Shown: positions 18,385 to 28,021 of the stretch, in pieces
Numbering within the stretch: the first letter of the stretch is position 1
Layout: every line of letters starts with the position of its first letter
From: Candidatus Phycocordibacter aenigmaticus
GTDB taxonomy: Bacteria > Patescibacteriota > Minisyncoccia > Phycocordibacterales > UBA2163
DNA: 64,000 bases
Reading direction: 5' to 3'
Assembly: GCA_002327585.1 (NCBI GenBank)
Contig: DCWL01000011.1
Location: 8,746 to 72,745 of the forward strand
Position numbers and translations under genes: made by a program
Notes under the pieces: generated by a model
What the model was told of the DNA's origin: nothing
Seen by the model: the letters and a program-made list of their open reading frames with translations, nothing else
The model's database searches: none

Positions 18385-18422
18385 ATTTATCTGCTAGCCG
18401 CTAGACTTGACCTAGCAATAAA

Positions 18423-19244
18423 TTAAAACAGTTTTCCTAATTCTTTCTTTTCCTCTCTATGTTTCTTTAGTAATATCTTTCCTGCGTCCTCCCTATATGG
18501 ACAATGCTCACAGAGCTCACCTTTTGCGGGAATCTCATCGCTTTCAAGTGTCTTTTTAATATCTCCAAGGACTTTTTCAATCCACGAACTGTCTCCTTTA
18601 TATGAGATTACATCAATATCAAATTCAAGTTTGCCATCAAAAGCCTCCCTGTCTTTCTTGCCATTAACATAGACAAAATACCCAGTATCTGAGACCTTAA
18701 ATCCATTGCATCTGAAAAGCCACTGATAAACTTCCATCTGCCTTTTGTACTGACCTCCCCACCTTCCTTCAAGCGTCGGTTTTTCCTTTTTACTTGTCGC
18801 TTTGTAGTCAACGACGAGAAGTTCTCCTTGCGGATTTACCCACACATCATCAATTGCGCCAAAAACAAGAAAATTTGTCAGTTTGTAGTGGCACTGTACG
18901 CCTGTGAAATTATTACGCCAATCATTGAGCTTCTCATTTTCAAATGGAATTGCATCAATATCATACGATTCCATAAGAGGATGTTTTGACTTTTGCACGC
19001 GATGAATGTCAAATTCTTTTTTAAGCAGATGGTCAACTGCAATATTTAAAGTGAAACCCGGAATTGAAGGTCTTTTTACGCCAAGCCTTTGGTCAAGATA
19101 AAAACAACGTGGACATTCAAGGAAAAAATCAATCTTTGTCCGGCTTATCTTAAATGGAGCACTAGAGCTCGGATTGTATATATTTCTTTTTTTAGCACTG
19201 TCGAAATGAGTCATATTGAGTGCATTATAGCACAAAACCGTCAT
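18423..19244 (-). CDS. PD-(D/E)XK nuclease superfamily protein, Cas4/RecB-nuclease-domain-like with Cys cluster
   Basis: 263-273 aa with an N-terminal CPRC, a D...VVDYK catalytic core, and a C-terminal CEHCPY. This is the four-Cys arrangement typical of Cas4-like 4Fe-4S nucleases. Alternative start at the ATG at 19214. Confidence 0.6.
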   Translation of the reverse strand: MTVLCYNALNMTHFDSAKKRNIYNPSSSAPFKISRTKIDFFLECPRCFYLDQRLGVKRPSIPGFTLNIAVDHLLKKEFDIHRVQKSKHPLMESYDIDAIPFENEKLNDWRNNFTGVQCHYKLTNFLVFGAIDDVWVNPQGELLVVDYKATSKKEKPTLEGRWGGQYKRQMEVYQWLFRCNGFKVSDTGYFVYVNGKKDREAFDGKLEFDIDVISYKGDSSWIEKVLGDIKKTLESDEIPAKGELCEHCPYREDAGKILLKKHREEKKELGKLF

Positions 19245-19274
19245 CTAAATAGATGACGGTATAATACTTCCGAC

Positions 19275-19436
19275 TCATGCACAATTATCGTCCTTTTTCT
19301 CCTTCAAGCATGCAATGAAGTAAATTGTGAATATAGAGATTATTACAACAATAACAACTGCTGCAACAAACTTACTTGTCGGATTCCATGCAAGAGAATG
19401 CAATAAAATATCTGTATTGCTTGTATAATCTTCCAT
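19275..19436 (-). CDS. Possible 53-aa membrane peptide
   Basis: Manual translation gives MEDYTSNTDILLHSLAWNPTSKFVAAVVIVVIISIFTIYFIACLKEKKDDNCA, with a GGAAGG RBS-like tract upstream. Speculative. Confidence 0.2.
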   Translation of the reverse strand: MEDYTSNTDILLHSLAWNPTSKFVAAVVIVVIISIFTIYFIACLKEKKDDNCA

Positions 19437-19684
19437 TTCTCATTCCTTCCATCCAACTATTTTTTCAGTGACAAATATAATAAAACCACATACAAGCCAT
19501 TCAATATAATCACTAATTGGCTTTCTGAATCTGTCTTTAGCTTCAGAATAAAAAACCAGGGGAATAGATATACTAAACAAGAAAGTAAATATAAATAGTA
19601 TTATAAAACTATAGATTGATATTTATCTGCCCTCCTTTTTAATGAAAAGTTTGAATTCTGTTTTCTACAGTATTTTAAGAATAT

Positions 19685-20971
19685 CTACTTGTCAAGGATT
19701 AGTTCTATTTTTATTTTACTTGTCTTGTCTGGGAAAGATCTCTTCCAAACCGGCCTTAGAATCACTTCGGCTTGCCCAATGCTTGGATATCCTGTGAGAA
19801 TTGTAAGAAGTGCAGCTTTTGCCCTTCCGGAAAGATCACTCTTTAGCTTTTCTTCATCAAATATCCACACAATGTGCGCATTACCTTTCATGGTAAATTT
19901 AAATTCCCCGTCTTCCCACGGCCGGGCTTCTTCTTTATCCTGCGCATTGACTGCAAGAGTTGAGGTATCCGCAATCCTAACCGGCCCTTCATCAAATTCG
20001 GCGAGAGTTTTTTTAGCAATATACTCCGCAAACTTCTGCTTCTCAAACAACACGCCGTAAAGTGTCGCTTGTTCTATTATCTCAACTTCATTGCCGGACT
20101 CGGCATCAGGCTGTGATTCAAACTCAATAAAGATAATATCTTCAAAAAGATAAAATTCATCCGGCTTTTGCGAAAATGCTTCGGCAAGCAGCTGCTCTCT
20201 GAGCTCAGTATGAATTTCATTCTTTGCTTTTTCAGCCTCGGCAGGGTCGGCGGTTAATTTCTCTCCTACAAATCCTCCTGTCATAGGTGTTTTTGAACGG
20301 GCATAGAATTTTGCAAAACGTGGGGAACCCTTAAAGCCAGGAATAGTAAAATCCATAAGTCCTATATTGAACCCTTCTCCCGCTTCATCCGCATAAACTG
20401 TCACTTCAACGCTTCCAGGTACCTTCTCGCCATCCTCTGTTTTCTGCCCAGGCACAACTACTGACTTGTTTATTCTATATATCAGCCCTTCAGACGTTTC
20501 AAAACGGGTATTTTTTATAAGCCTTTGGCTTGAAGTATTGAAATCATTAAAGATGACAATCCTACCGGACGCCTTCTCTTCAATTTCCTCTCTTCCCGTT
20601 GCGGCAATCTTTTTGGAAGAGGTTTCTTCTATCGTCATAATCTCATAGGAAAGTTCCTCCGCACTTCCGTCAAGTACCGCAACAGAGGAGACGTCAATGA
20701 GCGTCCTGTTTTGTTTTGGAGTAATGATTACTTTCGCACCGGAGAAAAGAAGCGAAAACGCAAGCACTAAAACGATAATTACAATAACAGCGACAAACCA
20801 CAAAGCTATGCGCGATGAGTGTGGTTTTCTTATGACTCTGCCGTATCCTGCGTCATATTCAAAATCATCCTCCATTTTCTGAGGCCTTTGCACTCTTGCA
20901 TGAGAGCTCTGTATATTTCTTATTGTCCTTTTTTTAGGTGGGACTATGTCCTGAAATGAATCTTTTGCCAT
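19685..20971 (-). CDS. Hypothetical single-pass membrane protein with a large extracytoplasmic domain
   Basis: 428 aa: a 55-aa cytoplasmic N-terminus, a TM (IALWFVAVIVIIVLVLAFSLLF), then a roughly 350-aa acidic domain. It lies immediately downstream of the FtsA/PilM-like ATPase. Confidence 0.55.
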   Translation of the reverse strand: MAKDSFQDIVPPKKRTIRNIQSSHARVQRPQKMEDDFEYDAGYGRVIRKPHSSRIALWFVAVIVIIVLVLAFSLLFSGAKVIITPKQNRTLIDVSSVAVLDGSAEELSYEIMTIEETSSKKIAATGREEIEEKASGRIVIFNDFNTSSQRLIKNTRFETSEGLIYRINKSVVVPGQKTEDGEKVPGSVEVTVYADEAGEGFNIGLMDFTIPGFKGSPRFAKFYARSKTPMTGGFVGEKLTADPAEAEKAKNEIHTELREQLLAEAFSQKPDEFYLFEDIIFIEFESQPDAESGNEVEIIEQATLYGVLFEKQKFAEYIAKKTLAEFDEGPVRIADTSTLAVNAQDKEEARPWEDGEFKFTMKGNAHIVWIFDEEKLKSDLSGRAKAALLTILTGYPSIGQAEVILRPVWKRSFPDKTSKIKIELILDK

Positions 20972-21004
20972 ATATATCTGCAGTTAGATTATATCATATT
21001 TATA

Positions 21005-22225
21005 TCAAGCATTCACAATTTTGTGGAAAAACAATGTCTCTATTGCCAGAAATGAGTCGCATCTGGACTGCCCCACGGTAATACAATATTTATGCAATTG
21101 TTTCTCACTCAGCATCACAACCGTGAAGGGTTCTCCGGCGAGCGTGAGACCGCTGAATTCATCTCTTTTTATCACACCTTCAAACCATTTACCTATGTCC
21201 TCATCAACAGTTAAAAAGATTGTTCTCGGAAGTGACAATCCTTCAGAGAGATCTGTCAATGTTTTTCTAAAGGAAGTAAGCCAGCGCTTTTCAGCACTAT
21301 CAAGTATTGTCTTTATCTTTGCTGATTCGGCTCCTCTTGTTTTGCCTTCAAGAAAAGTTCTGATTAGGGAATTCGCCTCCTCGGCAATTGTATTAAGCGC
21401 TTCTAGAACTTGCCGAGTCAGAAAATTTCTCCCAAGAGGAAATGATGCGGTGCTGTAGAGCATCTCATCGCGCACAAGAGATATGTCGGTAACTTCTCCT
21501 CCTATGTCCATGAGAAGAAAATTCTTTTTCGTGTGGAATATATCTCGAACTACGGAGAATGAAACCAGCGCAAAAGAATGGAAGGATATATTTTCCGTAT
21601 AAAAAGTTTTATCAATTATCTCCCTTATGTTCTCATACACGCTGCTGGAAATCTTACTCAAAAACAGTGAAAGTTCAACATTTGTGGCTTTTTTGTCATA
21701 AGGATTGTTTGTAGGATATCCATTAAGTCTTATCTGTGTAATATTCTTTTCAATCAATTTTGATTTCTTTAATTTTCTGTCTCCCTCTTCGTTTACGGAA
21801 TTTCCCTGAAATTCTTCATTGACATCCATAACAGCTTTTTCAATCTCTTTTTTTGACACATCAAAGTACTTCTCTTTTTTGAATTTAAGCAAATTTGTCT
21901 GTGACTTGTACCATGGAGATGAAAATATGCATAAAATTTTATTTATATTTCTCACTTCAATGCCTTCTCTTGCAAGGTTTGGTATACCTTTTTGCACAAT
22001 TTCAAGCGCAGCGTCCTGAAAAGAAGCAAACATTGATTTCATGAATATGTAGGAATGTATATTTTTTTTGTATGCAATTGGCGCGCGGGTGCTATACAGA
22101 ACCATCGGAATATTATCATCGGGAGAGACTGTGGCAAGAGCCGCACCGACACTTCCGCTGCCTATATCAAATATAACAAATGATTGCATCTTACCTTGAC
22201 TCTTAAGAGATTTTAGAAAAGACAT
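21005..22225 (-). CDS. Actin-like ATPase of the FtsA/PilM family (ASKHA fold)
   Basis: 406 aa with the phosphate-1 motif FDIGSGSVGAALA and the phosphate-2-like LLMDIGGEVTDISLV. It is closer to FtsA (DIGGGTMDIAV) than to other ASKHA members, but FtsA versus PilM is unresolved. Confidence 0.55.
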   Translation of the reverse strand: MSFLKSLKSQGKMQSFVIFDIGSGSVGAALATVSPDDNIPMVLYSTRAPIAYKKNIHSYIFMKSMFASFQDAALEIVQKGIPNLAREGIEVRNINKILCIFSSPWYKSQTNLLKFKKEKYFDVSKKEIEKAVMDVNEEFQGNSVNEEGDRKLKKSKLIEKNITQIRLNGYPTNNPYDKKATNVELSLFLSKISSSVYENIREIIDKTFYTENISFHSFALVSFSVVRDIFHTKKNFLLMDIGGEVTDISLVRDEMLYSTASFPLGRNFLTRQVLEALNTIAEEANSLIRTFLEGKTRGAESAKIKTILDSAEKRWLTSFRKTLTDLSEGLSLPRTIFLTVDEDIGKWFEGVIKRDEFSGLTLAGEPFTVVMLSEKQLHKYCITVGQSRCDSFLAIETLFFHKIVNA

Positions 22226-22265
22226 AATCTCATTATATGAAAACTATATACACTGCGCAATGAAA

Positions 22266-23960
22266 TTATTCTAATATTGCTTTTATCCTGCGAACGCCGG
22301 CAGACACCGATTCTTCTTTTTTTATTTTGAATTCTCTGAGTTCGCTTGTGTTTTCTACATGAGGGCCTCCACAAGACTCCGTGCTGTAATTCCCTATTTT
22401 ATATACACGCCTTCCATCTGTCTCTTGGTACGTTACGGGAAGTTTTTCTTTTATTTTTTGATTCACTAAATCCTGCACTTTTTGTTTTTGTTCATCTGTC
22501 ATTTTCTCTCCCCAAGAGAAATCAAATCGCAACCTCTCGGAATTAATATTGCTCCCTTTTTGCCCAATATTATCGCCTAACACATCCTTAAGCGCCTGAA
22601 GTAACAAGTGCGTCGCCGTGTGGTATTTTGTGGACTCTATACCAGTATCTGCAAGTCCACCCTTAAATTTCTGCCCTGCGCCTGATCTTGAGAGTTTTTG
22701 ATGCTTTTTCATCTCCTCTTTAAAACCTTCCTCATCAACATTAATCCCCATTTCCTGCGCAAGTTCAATCGTCATCTCAATTGGAAAGCCGTATGTGGAA
22801 AACAAAATAAATGCGTCATGACCAGAAATATTGTTTTCTGATAATTTTTCAAATTCTTTTAATCCTTTTTCAAGCGTTTTTTTAAACTTTTCCTCTTCAT
22901 CATTTATCTTTTTTTCTTCGTCTGAAATATCGCTTAATTTAATCCCGAGTTTGTCAGCATATCGTACGGCTCTTCTTATGAGTCGCCGCAGAATATATCC
23001 CTGCTCGGTATTTGAGGGAACAACGCCGTCTGCGATTATAAACTCTGCCGCACGAATGTGGTCGACAATTACTCTGAAAGCTTTTTTATTTTCATTATAT
23101 GACTTACCGCTTGCTTTCTCGATTTTGCCAATTATAGATGAAAGTATGTCAATATTAAAAATATCACTATCATCATTTACCGCCGCAGTAATTCTCTCAA
23201 CCCCGCCTCCGAAATCAACATTCTTTGTCGGCAAGTGACTGAAGCTTCCGTCCTCCTGCTTTATATATTCCATGAAAACTGTATTTCCTATTTCTAAAAA
23301 TCTTCCGCACTCGCAGTTTGGGTGGCAATTCTCTCCAAATTTCTCGTCGTGCGCAGTGGCAAAGTCGTAAAACACTTCGGTGTCAGGACCTCCCGGCTCT
23401 CCTTTCGGCATTTTGTCTGGTTCTCCGGAGCGGCTCCACCAGTTATACTCTGCACCGTAATAAAAAATCCTTTCATCTTCTTTCATTTCAATACCTTTTC
23501 CGGCAAATAATTTTTCCCATATTAGAGCGCTCTGAGTATCTTTCGGAATTCCATTTTTCTTGTCTCCGGCAAATACGGTTATATATAATTTATTTGGATC
23601 AAGAGCTATCTCTTCTGTTAGAAACTCAAACAGCCACGGTAGCTGCTCTTGCTTAAAATAACTTCCGAAAGAAAAATTGCCGAGCATTTCAAAAAAAGTG
23701 GTATGCCTGTTGTCGCCAACTTCATCCATGTCTTCTGCTCTGAAGCATTTCTGCGAATTGGTTAAACTCGCGCCTTTCTCATGTTCTTTGCCCAGAAAAT
23801 ATGGCAAAAGTGGTTGCATACCAGAACTTGTAAAAAGAGTCGTTTGATCATTTTCAGGCAATAAAGACGCCGATTCAATTACGGTATGCCCACGCTTTTT
23901 AAAAAAGCGTATATATTTTTCTCTGACTTCATCTGCTGTCATGCCTTGCCTATGAGCCAA
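22266..23960 (-). CDS. alaS: Alanyl-tRNA synthetase, short form lacking the C-terminal C-Ala domain
   Basis: 564 aa. The N-terminus (KYIRFFKKRGH ... FEMLGNFSFGSYFK) is the AlaRS catalytic core. The C-terminal part has the editing-domain zinc motifs HTATHLL and CGGPHV. Confidence 0.8.
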   Translation of the reverse strand: MAHRQGMTADEVREKYIRFFKKRGHTVIESASLLPENDQTTLFTSSGMQPLLPYFLGKEHEKGASLTNSQKCFRAEDMDEVGDNRHTTFFEMLGNFSFGSYFKQEQLPWLFEFLTEEIALDPNKLYITVFAGDKKNGIPKDTQSALIWEKLFAGKGIEMKEDERIFYYGAEYNWWSRSGEPDKMPKGEPGGPDTEVFYDFATAHDEKFGENCHPNCECGRFLEIGNTVFMEYIKQEDGSFSHLPTKNVDFGGGVERITAAVNDDSDIFNIDILSSIIGKIEKASGKSYNENKKAFRVIVDHIRAAEFIIADGVVPSNTEQGYILRRLIRRAVRYADKLGIKLSDISDEEKKINDEEEKFKKTLEKGLKEFEKLSENNISGHDAFILFSTYGFPIEMTIELAQEMGINVDEEGFKEEMKKHQKLSRSGAGQKFKGGLADTGIESTKYHTATHLLLQALKDVLGDNIGQKGSNINSERLRFDFSWGEKMTDEQKQKVQDLVNQKIKEKLPVTYQETDGRRVYKIGNYSTESCGGPHVENTSELREFKIKKEESVSAGVRRIKAILE

Positions 23961-24183
23961 TAAATTGAGATATGTATCCGTTTGCGTACATCTGCATCAC
24001 ATATCCTGCAATCATCAAGACGATTCCGGTAAGCGCAATCCTTTTCTCTCTTTTTATTGCGCAAAACACATCCTCATCAATCTTATGTTCTTTGACAATA
24101 TGCCTATGCACATTGAGAACTGCAAGTCCGATAAGGACTTCTCCTGTGATACTTAATGTCATTCCCCAAAATAATAAATCCAT
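23950..24183 (-). CDS. Small 2-TM membrane protein
   Basis: The ORF 23950..24228 overlaps the upstream peptidase stop. The internal ATG at 24183 (MDLLFWGMTLS...) avoids the overlap. No family assigned. Confidence 0.4.
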   Translation of the reverse strand: MDLLFWGMTLSITGEVLIGLAVLNVHRHIVKEHKIDEDVFCAIKREKRIALTGIVLMIAGYVMQMYANGYISQFIGS

Positions 24184-24193
24184 AGTAGCTTTA

Positions 24194-25465
24194 TTATACC
24201 ACAAGTAATTTCTCAAGACCTTTCTCACGCTTTTTGGTAAAAGGGCCTATAAGTGCCAAATTGCTTTTCCTCGTTTTAAATATATCCCCTGCGACTCTCT
24301 TGATGTCGCGCGCGGAAACCTTTTGTATTTCATGAGCATATTCCTGCGGAGTCTTGAGTTTCTTTCCAAGCGCTTCTTCAAGCCCATAAAACTGAGCGCG
24401 GGCATGTGATGTTTCAAGACTTGAAAACAAATTTCCAATCAGATAATTTTTCACCTTTTTTAATTCCTTTTCGGAAACGAAAACACTTTTAACCAAGCGC
24501 ACCTCATCTAAAATAGCATGGAGTATTTCGGGAACCCTCCTATTATCAACGCCTGTATATATCGCCAAGTAGCCGTGATCAGTAAATACATCTAAGTCAG
24601 ACTTTATGTAATACCCTGCACCCAACTGATCGCGAATACGATGAAACAATCTTGAACTCATACCCGCACCTAAAACTCCAGCAAGGACAGTTGCAGCAGC
24701 ATTGTCTTTATGATTAGCATGATATGCTCTAAAACCTAAAATGAGATGTGTCTGGCTTGTCTTTTTTGTTTTAATAAGTATATTATTTTTTTTCTGCAAA
24801 TCTTTAGTTTTTTTCTTTCCATGTTTCTTTGATGTTGATATATCACTAAATACTTTCTTTATTTCACTAATAACTTTTTTTTCGTCTACTTTTCCCGCAA
24901 CAACTACGACAGTGGAAGATGCAACATAATTTTTCTTTCTGTAATTAATAAGATCTTTCCGTTTAATTTCCCTTATATTCTTCCGATTCCCTATTATAGG
25001 CCACCCTGCAGGTTGGTTGCCGTATAAAAGATCTGTGAAAACATCCCACACTTCGCGCTTGGGATTATCTTCATACATCTCTATCTCTCCGATAATCACT
25101 CCTCGCTCCTTTTCAATCTCTTCAGTAGGTAATGTAGCATTTAAATAGATGTCAGATAATACTTCTAATGCACTTTTAAAATGCCGAGCCTCTGTTTGAG
25201 CATAATATCCAGTATATTCATAACCAGTAAATGCATTGTATTGAGCACCGAGTCCATCAAGTTCTTCTGAGATTTCCCTTGAGCTCGATCTTTTTTCTGT
25301 TCCCTTAAACATTAGATGCTCAAGAAAATGCGATATGCCGTTTATATTTTTTGTCTCATATTTTGAACCTGTTTTTGTAAGTACCAAAACAGTTGTCGTC
25401 AAACTCTTCGGCATTGAAACCATTACAATCTTTAATCCATTTGAAAGTGTCTTAATCTTTTTCAT
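24194..25465 (-). CDS. M16 family zinc peptidase (insulinase-like)
   Basis: 423 aa with the inverted zinc motif HFLEHLMF (HxxEH) and a downstream E; M16 N- and C-domains present. Confidence 0.8.
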   Translation of the reverse strand: MKKIKTLSNGLKIVMVSMPKSLTTTVLVLTKTGSKYETKNINGISHFLEHLMFKGTEKRSSSREISEELDGLGAQYNAFTGYEYTGYYAQTEARHFKSALEVLSDIYLNATLPTEEIEKERGVIIGEIEMYEDNPKREVWDVFTDLLYGNQPAGWPIIGNRKNIREIKRKDLINYRKKNYVASSTVVVVAGKVDEKKVISEIKKVFSDISTSKKHGKKKTKDLQKKNNILIKTKKTSQTHLILGFRAYHANHKDNAAATVLAGVLGAGMSSRLFHRIRDQLGAGYYIKSDLDVFTDHGYLAIYTGVDNRRVPEILHAILDEVRLVKSVFVSEKELKKVKNYLIGNLFSSLETSHARAQFYGLEEALGKKLKTPQEYAHEIQKVSARDIKRVAGDIFKTRKSNLALIGPFTKKREKGLEKLLVV

Positions 25466-25933
25466 TTACTTGATACTGACGATTTTGTAGTTCATTTTGC
25501 CATTGGGAGTTGTAAACGAGAAAATTTCACTTTTTTTCTTCCCCATCATCGCCTCGCCCAATGGTGAAAGATGCGATATTTTTCTCTCCTGCATATTCGC
25601 CTCCTCAGAGCCGACAATATTGTATTCTCGTATTTCTTTTTCTCCTTCTTTTTGAATTTGAACTGTAGAACCTAAGCTAACTGCATCTTTGCTTTTCTGG
25701 TTAACTATTTTTGCGAACTTCAAAATGGAATCGAGCTTATTTATCCTGTCTTCCGTTGCGGCCTGAAGCTCACGCGCTTCATGATACTCGGCATTTTCTG
25801 ATATATCGCCAAGCGAGCGGGCGTATTCCAGATTTTCCGCAATTTCTTTTCTACGAGTTATTTTAAGAAAATCAAGCTCCTTCTGAAGCTCGTCAAATTT
25901 TTCTTTAGTCAGATATTCTTTTTCATCAAGCAT
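25466..25933 (-). CDS. greA: Transcription elongation factor GreA
   Basis: 155 aa with an N-terminal coiled coil carrying acidic tip residues (ENAEYHEARE) and a C-terminal FKBP-like domain. Confidence 0.9.
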   Translation of the reverse strand: MLDEKEYLTKEKFDELQKELDFLKITRRKEIAENLEYARSLGDISENAEYHEARELQAATEDRINKLDSILKFAKIVNQKSKDAVSLGSTVQIQKEGEKEIREYNIVGSEEANMQERKISHLSPLGEAMMGKKKSEIFSFTTPNGKMNYKIVSIK

Positions 25934-25966
25934 AGTAATTCACTCTTTTATAAATTATTGATATTT

Positions 25967-25994
25967 AGTATATGTAAATAGAATAAAAAGTCAA
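25967..25994 (-). promoter_or_regulatory. Candidate greA promoter TTGACT-16-TATACT (minus strand)
   Basis: Plus-strand AGTCAA at 25989-25994 and AGTATA at 25967-25972. This is the same architecture as the 7236 promoter. Confidence 0.4.
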
Positions 25995-26046
25995 CAGTTT
26001 ATATGGGTTGATTAATTTTAAATATTAAAAACTTATTTTTTATCTT

Positions 26047-27747
26047 TTATTCTAAATATTCAGGAGTATTAATTGCCATCCATTCAAATAACTGCTTCAT
26101 CACAAAAAGTGCGCCAAGAGTATTTCCTCTTTTTCCCTTCTCCATTATAACAACAAAAGCAAATTTTGGATTCTCATAAGGAAAGAATCCCACAACCAGT
26201 GAGTTGACAAATTTTTTCATAGTTCCAAGCTCCGCCGTCCCAGTCTTTGCAGCAATCCTGACCTGTGGGATATTGAGCCCATTTCCTGTTCCATCTGTGA
26301 CAGCAAGACGCATTCCCTCTCTTACAACTTCAAAATACTTCTTGCGTACAGATACTCTTTTTGAATCTATGTCATCGTTTGTAAGCAGTGTGGGAGTAAG
26401 TAATTTTCCATCATTTGCGATTGCGGCAATTGCACGCACTGCCTGAAGTGGTGTCACCTGAAATCCGTACTGGCCTATTGCAGTATGATATGTATCCCCT
26501 ATCTTCCACTTGTCGCCTTTGAAGTTTTCGTCTTTCCATTTTGGATTCGGAATTACTCCTTTCTCTTCAGAGAGTGTATATTGTGGATAAATACCAGTGT
26601 CATTACCAAATCCGAACATTCTCATATATTTTTCAATATTTTTAATTCCCAGCCCCTTTTGCTTCTCATACCCTCCACCTATCTCATAGAAATACACATT
26701 GGATGAAACTGCAATTGCTTCTCTCATGTCAATAAGCCCATGTGCCTTCCAGTCAGAAAATACGGATTCTTTGTCAGGAAAATATGGATTGGGTATTGAT
26801 ATAGACCCAGTGCTTAAGATCTGCGTTTCCGGTTCAATAAGTTTTTCATTAAGCGCTGCGATAGCAAGATAAGGCTTTACAGTTGAGCCGGGCGTGTAAA
26901 GCCCTGAAACTGCTCTGTTTAAGAACGGTTTGTTTTCATTGTTCGTATAAATGCTGATTTCTTGTGCCGGAGCGCCATCAGAGAGTATTTGTGAGTCATA
27001 CTCAGGATAACTTGCCATAGATAAAATCTCTCCTGTATTTACATCCATAATCACGCCCGCACCGCCTGAAAACGGAGCCTTAAGTGCAATATCTTTTATA
27101 AATTCATAAAACTTGTTTTGTACTAATGCATCAATTGAAAGCGTTACATTATCTCCGTTTTCAGGTGAAAGAGTGACACTTTCTGATTGCACTTGCATTA
27201 AAGCGTCCGTCTCAACGATTTTGAGACCCTGTTTTCCATTTAAAATTTTATTATATATTTTCTCCACTCCGTCCTTTGCAATAAATTCCTCTTGGTAATA
27301 CACACCATAATCGTCTTTCAGTGGATATCCCACGTACCCCAAAGTATGCGAAAGTCCCGGCCTATCAATATATTTTCTGCGTGAGAAATCATCCTCATCG
27401 CTACGCACATTCCATGCAAGTTCCGTATTATTCCTATCGTATATGACGCCTCTGTCGGCAAAGATAACGGAATGCTTTAATCTGTTGTTCTCGCTTATAG
27501 ATGCATACATATCTCCGTCGGTTACCTGTAAATCCCATATCTTCCAACCGAATAAAATTCCTATAATTAAAAATGATATTCCGACAACAATTATCGCGCT
27601 TTTCGATATAGGTTTTTCAATGCGCCCTTCAAACTGATCTATATTAAACTCAGGCAAATTAGTGGAATCTATAAAAATCTCATCAGGCTCTATCTCGCGA
27701 TTTTTGTAATCTTTCTTGAATATTTTATTTTTTATTTTTCTAAGCAT
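26047..27747 (-). CDS. mrdA: Penicillin-binding protein 2 (elongasome transpeptidase, MrdA-like)
   Basis: The PBP transpeptidase domain has LYTPGSTVKP (SxxK). It follows mreBCD. The start is likely the internal MLRKIKNK ATG at 27747, which overlaps the mreD stop by 8 nt. The track ORF extends to 27801. Confidence 0.8.
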   Translation of the reverse strand: MLRKIKNKIFKKDYKNREIEPDEIFIDSTNLPEFNIDQFEGRIEKPISKSAIIVVGISFLIIGILFGWKIWDLQVTDGDMYASISENNRLKHSVIFADRGVIYDRNNTELAWNVRSDEDDFSRRKYIDRPGLSHTLGYVGYPLKDDYGVYYQEEFIAKDGVEKIYNKILNGKQGLKIVETDALMQVQSESVTLSPENGDNVTLSIDALVQNKFYEFIKDIALKAPFSGGAGVIMDVNTGEILSMASYPEYDSQILSDGAPAQEISIYTNNENKPFLNRAVSGLYTPGSTVKPYLAIAALNEKLIEPETQILSTGSISIPNPYFPDKESVFSDWKAHGLIDMREAIAVSSNVYFYEIGGGYEKQKGLGIKNIEKYMRMFGFGNDTGIYPQYTLSEEKGVIPNPKWKDENFKGDKWKIGDTYHTAIGQYGFQVTPLQAVRAIAAIANDGKLLTPTLLTNDDIDSKRVSVRKKYFEVVREGMRLAVTDGTGNGLNIPQVRIAAKTGTAELGTMKKFVNSLVVGFFPYENPKFAFVVIMEKGKRGNTLGALFVMKQLFEWMAINTPEYLE

Positions 27748-28021
27748 TATAAAATATGGTTCTTTTTTTAAGAAAATATGCTCCGATGAAAAATATTGCA
27801 AACAAGCTTACAAATATAAACTGGAAATTGAAAAAACTAGCAATGGGAGTGCTATATAGAATATCGGTAAACAATCCCCAAAATAATATCTCATATGCAT
27901 TAAAGTATGCTAAAAACGCAATTACAACAATTACCGTAAACCACCACGGCAAAAACAGAATGCTTGAGAATAAAAGAAGATTTAAAATAATCCTTAAGTA
28001 AAACACATTAAAATTAGTCAT
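27740..28021 (-). CDS. mreD: Rod shape-determining protein MreD (putative, by position and topology)
   Basis: 93 aa, polytopic and hydrophobic. Its start overlaps the mreC stop by 8 nt, and it lies between mreC and mrdA. Confidence 0.5.
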   Translation of the reverse strand: MTNFNVFYLRIILNLLLFSSILFLPWWFTVIVVIAFLAYFNAYEILFWGLFTDILYSTPIASFFNFQFIFVSLFAIFFIGAYFLKKRTIFYNA

